Made by a program: the position numbers and the translations under genes
The notes under the pieces: model-generated
Databases searched by the model: none
Seen by the model: only the letters and a program-made list of their open reading frames with translations
What the model was told of the DNA's origin: nothing
Source of the DNA: Tubulanus polymorphus
Taxonomy: Eukaryota > Animalia > Nemertea
NCBI RefSeq assembly: GCF_964204645.1
Contig: NC_134028.1
Coordinates: 8,928,001 to 8,992,000, forward strand
Reading direction: 5' to 3'
Length of the DNA: 64,000 bases
Part shown: positions 61,014 through 64,000 of the stretch, in pieces
Position numbering within the stretch: position 1 is the stretch's first letter
How the letters are laid out: each line of letters opens with the position of its first letter

Positions 61014-64000
61014 CAAGCTGAATTGTCTTTTTTATGTCAGGAAATGATTTTATAGCCGGTTTTTTCAACATACCTTGCATGCGTACTTGGATTGACGTAC
61101 ACCGTACTACAAAGCAAAGACGCTTAGCGTACTTAAAACGAAGGACGTCTTGGCTCAGTCCTTTATGAAATATTTACTTTTCTCTATACCAATTACAATT
61201 ATATCTATTTTCATTGTTTACAGTTGTTGATCCAGCGTTTGAAATGCCGTTTACAAAGAAGTGCGCTTCAGACTTGATGCATGTCGAATGGTCGTGTCCA
61301 GGCAATGAAAAATTGATATCGAAAGTACAATCAAATGTGAAGAAAAAACTTCTTGAGCTTGTGAACAAAGAAGAAAAAAGGCACTTCTCCAAATCGTTGC
61401 CCAGATTTTGCGAGAGTTGTATAAAAAATGTTAAAAAACATTATCCAAATTTGGTAGTGGAAGAATATGAGGGGATTCCTCACGGTGAAACAAATGAAGA
61501 TTTTGGTGACTAAGATTTGGGCGAGTCATCCCCGAAGCGCCAAAAGCAAAATGACACTATAAGCACTACTGAACATGCAGAAAGTATACCGACTGCTGGC
61601 ACTAGTACTGCTGGCACTAGTACTACTGGCGACTATTGTGCTTCCACCGTAAGTGAACTAGCCTATGACCTGGCCAAATCCCTACACAATGACGCCAAGT
61701 CATATGCATTAAGCCAAAGAAGACTAGGAGACTTAGAAGCTTATATATCATTGGATACAAAGGATGGACACACTGGAAGTGCATGTGACGTTATACAATC
61801 ATTCGTTAAAGGTATCGCATCCAGAAATGTTGAGAAAATGGACGAAAAATCTTTGCGTGCGCATTTGTATCGGATTTATAAAACTGTGGAGTGTATATTA
61901 AACTTAAGTGGTGTCAATTTCACATTACCTGCTCATTTAAGGGAATCAGTACTTATATACACCCTTACTGGGAGCAAACTAGCACTGAACATTCTTTCCT
62001 CTGGAGGCGCCCATGCCTCGTACCAAGCAGTTAAGTCTTGGTTGGCCAGCCTGGCTGCAACACCTCCTGGAATGTCAAATGATGACACAATCATAGCATT
62101 TGACAATAATCAGGTACTCCAAAGGAGGTGGAAAGTTAAGCTGAAAAACGATGTCACATGCAATATAGTTACTGTTGTTGTGAGCTTTAGTTTACATGAA
62201 GGCAGGTTACAATATCAAACCGAATTCAAGCCTGATAAGTGGTCAGATGTTGTACTACATCAATCAAAGTACAATAGAATTAAATTCTACGACCAGCAAG
62301 ATGATATTAAAGAAGCACATTATGAGCACCTCAGTTTATTCTTGCATTGACAAATTATGATTGTCAACAATGAGCATATGGAAGGTGAGGTGGACAACAT
62401 TGATGAAAAAGTTGAACTTAGGAAAAAATCAAGGTTATTCAAAAAATGTTATCAGTGTAAATTTGATGAAATACCAAAATCAAAGCATATTTGTACTCGG
62501 TGCAAGACAAATGTTACTAAAGGAAAAATGAAGGCCATGGGTCTTGACGAAAATGGAATGATTAACGAAAGTTCACTAGCATCAACACCCCATGGTAAAG
62601 AATATCGCGTTCATATTGAGCCAAGCCCGGCAGAAAGGCATGCTGAAAGACTTATTTCGAATAAAGAGCCTGCACAGGTTAGCCAAGAATATATTGATTT
62701 CGAAAAACTTGTAGCTGATTCCATAGATGCCCCATCTGTTCAAGTGTTGGAACCAGTTTATATGAACCCCTGTTCGTATGAAGCTGTAGCAGTCGTTCTG
62801 CGTAATATTGGACAAAGGTGTGGAATAAAACAGTATGGGGAGAGCGTGAGTGGGTTATTATAGCCTGTGATGGGGTTCCTTACACCCTTGCTTGCAGACT
62901 TATCAAATCGATGCACGTGTGTTCAATTTGTAATGATTCTATTAATGGACTTGAAAACTGTGCAAAGCATCACACAGATCAGCATCCAGGTGAACAAGTC
63001 TTATTTAAACCAGAATTCAGCTGGGTTTTGCTGAGACCAGGTACGGGACATATTTAAATGAATATGTTAAAAGGTCTTGTTGAATTTACATGGGATGTAT
63101 TTTGGAAAGATTTGGCAATATGCCTAAATTTTCGCTCTGAAGCAGCTTTGACTGGTGCAAAAAAAGTGTCTGATCATCATAAAGGTTGGACTCTACTCAG
63201 GATTGCGCGCTATGCTATTGCACGTGAATTAATTGTTCCGTTTGTAAGAGAACAGCGTAAAAAGGAAGTTGCAGATCTATCTGTTGCTGCTTTCATGAAG
63301 TTCATTATGCATTCAAAAGACCCTAATTACTCTTTCATGGCAGACGTTCTTTTTGAACTAGTTGATGCGATATTTATTTTCAGAGTAGGTATACGCGGAA
63401 GTATTTCAAAATACATTGAAGCTGGTAGAGCCAAATTTGCTAAGCTGTGGTGTGCACGAAACCACCCGCTCTACAGGGAACTTGAAATGTCAGACAGTTT
63501 ACTGTTAGCAAGAATGCCACAAGAAATTAGTGATGAGGTCCTATTAGCAGATTCAATGAACATGACAGGGAATAAGTTTACAGGGGAAGGAGCAGACTTC
63601 CGCCTGGAAGAAGTCAACAGGCAGGTGCAGCATTGGCTGCCTAACATTCCAACAAGCAAGGATTGGAAAATTGCATGTTGCAATTATGGTAGCTTGTCTC
63701 AGTTCAGAACAACAGTTTTTCAGCAAATTGGAATTGAAGATCCCAAAACGAATAGAAAGAAAAGTATTCAACCCATAAATGATGAAATACTAGCATTCAG
63801 GACCATAATTAGAGAGGCAGAGTACCTCATAAGGCCAGCAATCTATCGTCCGCATGTCTCACTTGATGGGAAGCCACTTACAACTGATTTAGTCAGCTTT
63901 TGCAAATTGGCAAGAGAAAAACGTGCACTATTTACTGATACATATTTGGCATTCGAGAAATCGGCAAAAACGGGTAACGCAGGTCCACCTTCATTTAGGG
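61014..64000 (+). pseudogene. Academ-like large transposase pseudogene, running off the window end
   Basis: IIAFDNNQV; EPVYMNPCSYEAV..VLRNIG; WVIIACDGVPY; LRPGTGHI*MN; SDHHKGW; NHPLYRELE; GEGADFRLEEVNR; Cys4 motif CYQC..CTRC. Stops at 61511, 62348 and 63055, frameshift near 62840. Confidence 0.6.

Overview
AT-rich eukaryotic DNA with spliceosomal GT-AG introns. The TE repertoire suggests a marine invertebrate, which is inference. I recognise no intact host gene; the window is a nested graveyard of transposable elements. In order: piggyBac remnants (1-2.9 kb); a 5-copy ~1.08-kb higher-order satellite built on 46-bp subunits (3.3-8.6 kb); a Kolobok-type element with a KolX/P2X7-ballast-like gene, interrupted by a complete Sola1 (TIRs, ATAT TSD); a near-perfect 3 x 7,620-bp tandem triplication (17.5-40.3 kb) carrying LINE, SGNH, Gypsy, hAT, MADF and tRNA-bearing TIR fragments; an intron-containing DUF6729-type putative transposase split by a young BEL/Pao LTR element that lacks its protease; a ~165-bp satellite; Copia, Sola, hAT and Academ-like remnants; and a 9-bp-TSD MITE. 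The most striking property is that essentially every TE coding fragment, from about ten unrelated superfamilies, lies on the + strand. This is the pattern expected of a uni-strand (flamenco-like) piRNA cluster read from the - strand. Family names come from motif recognition by eye, not from database searches.
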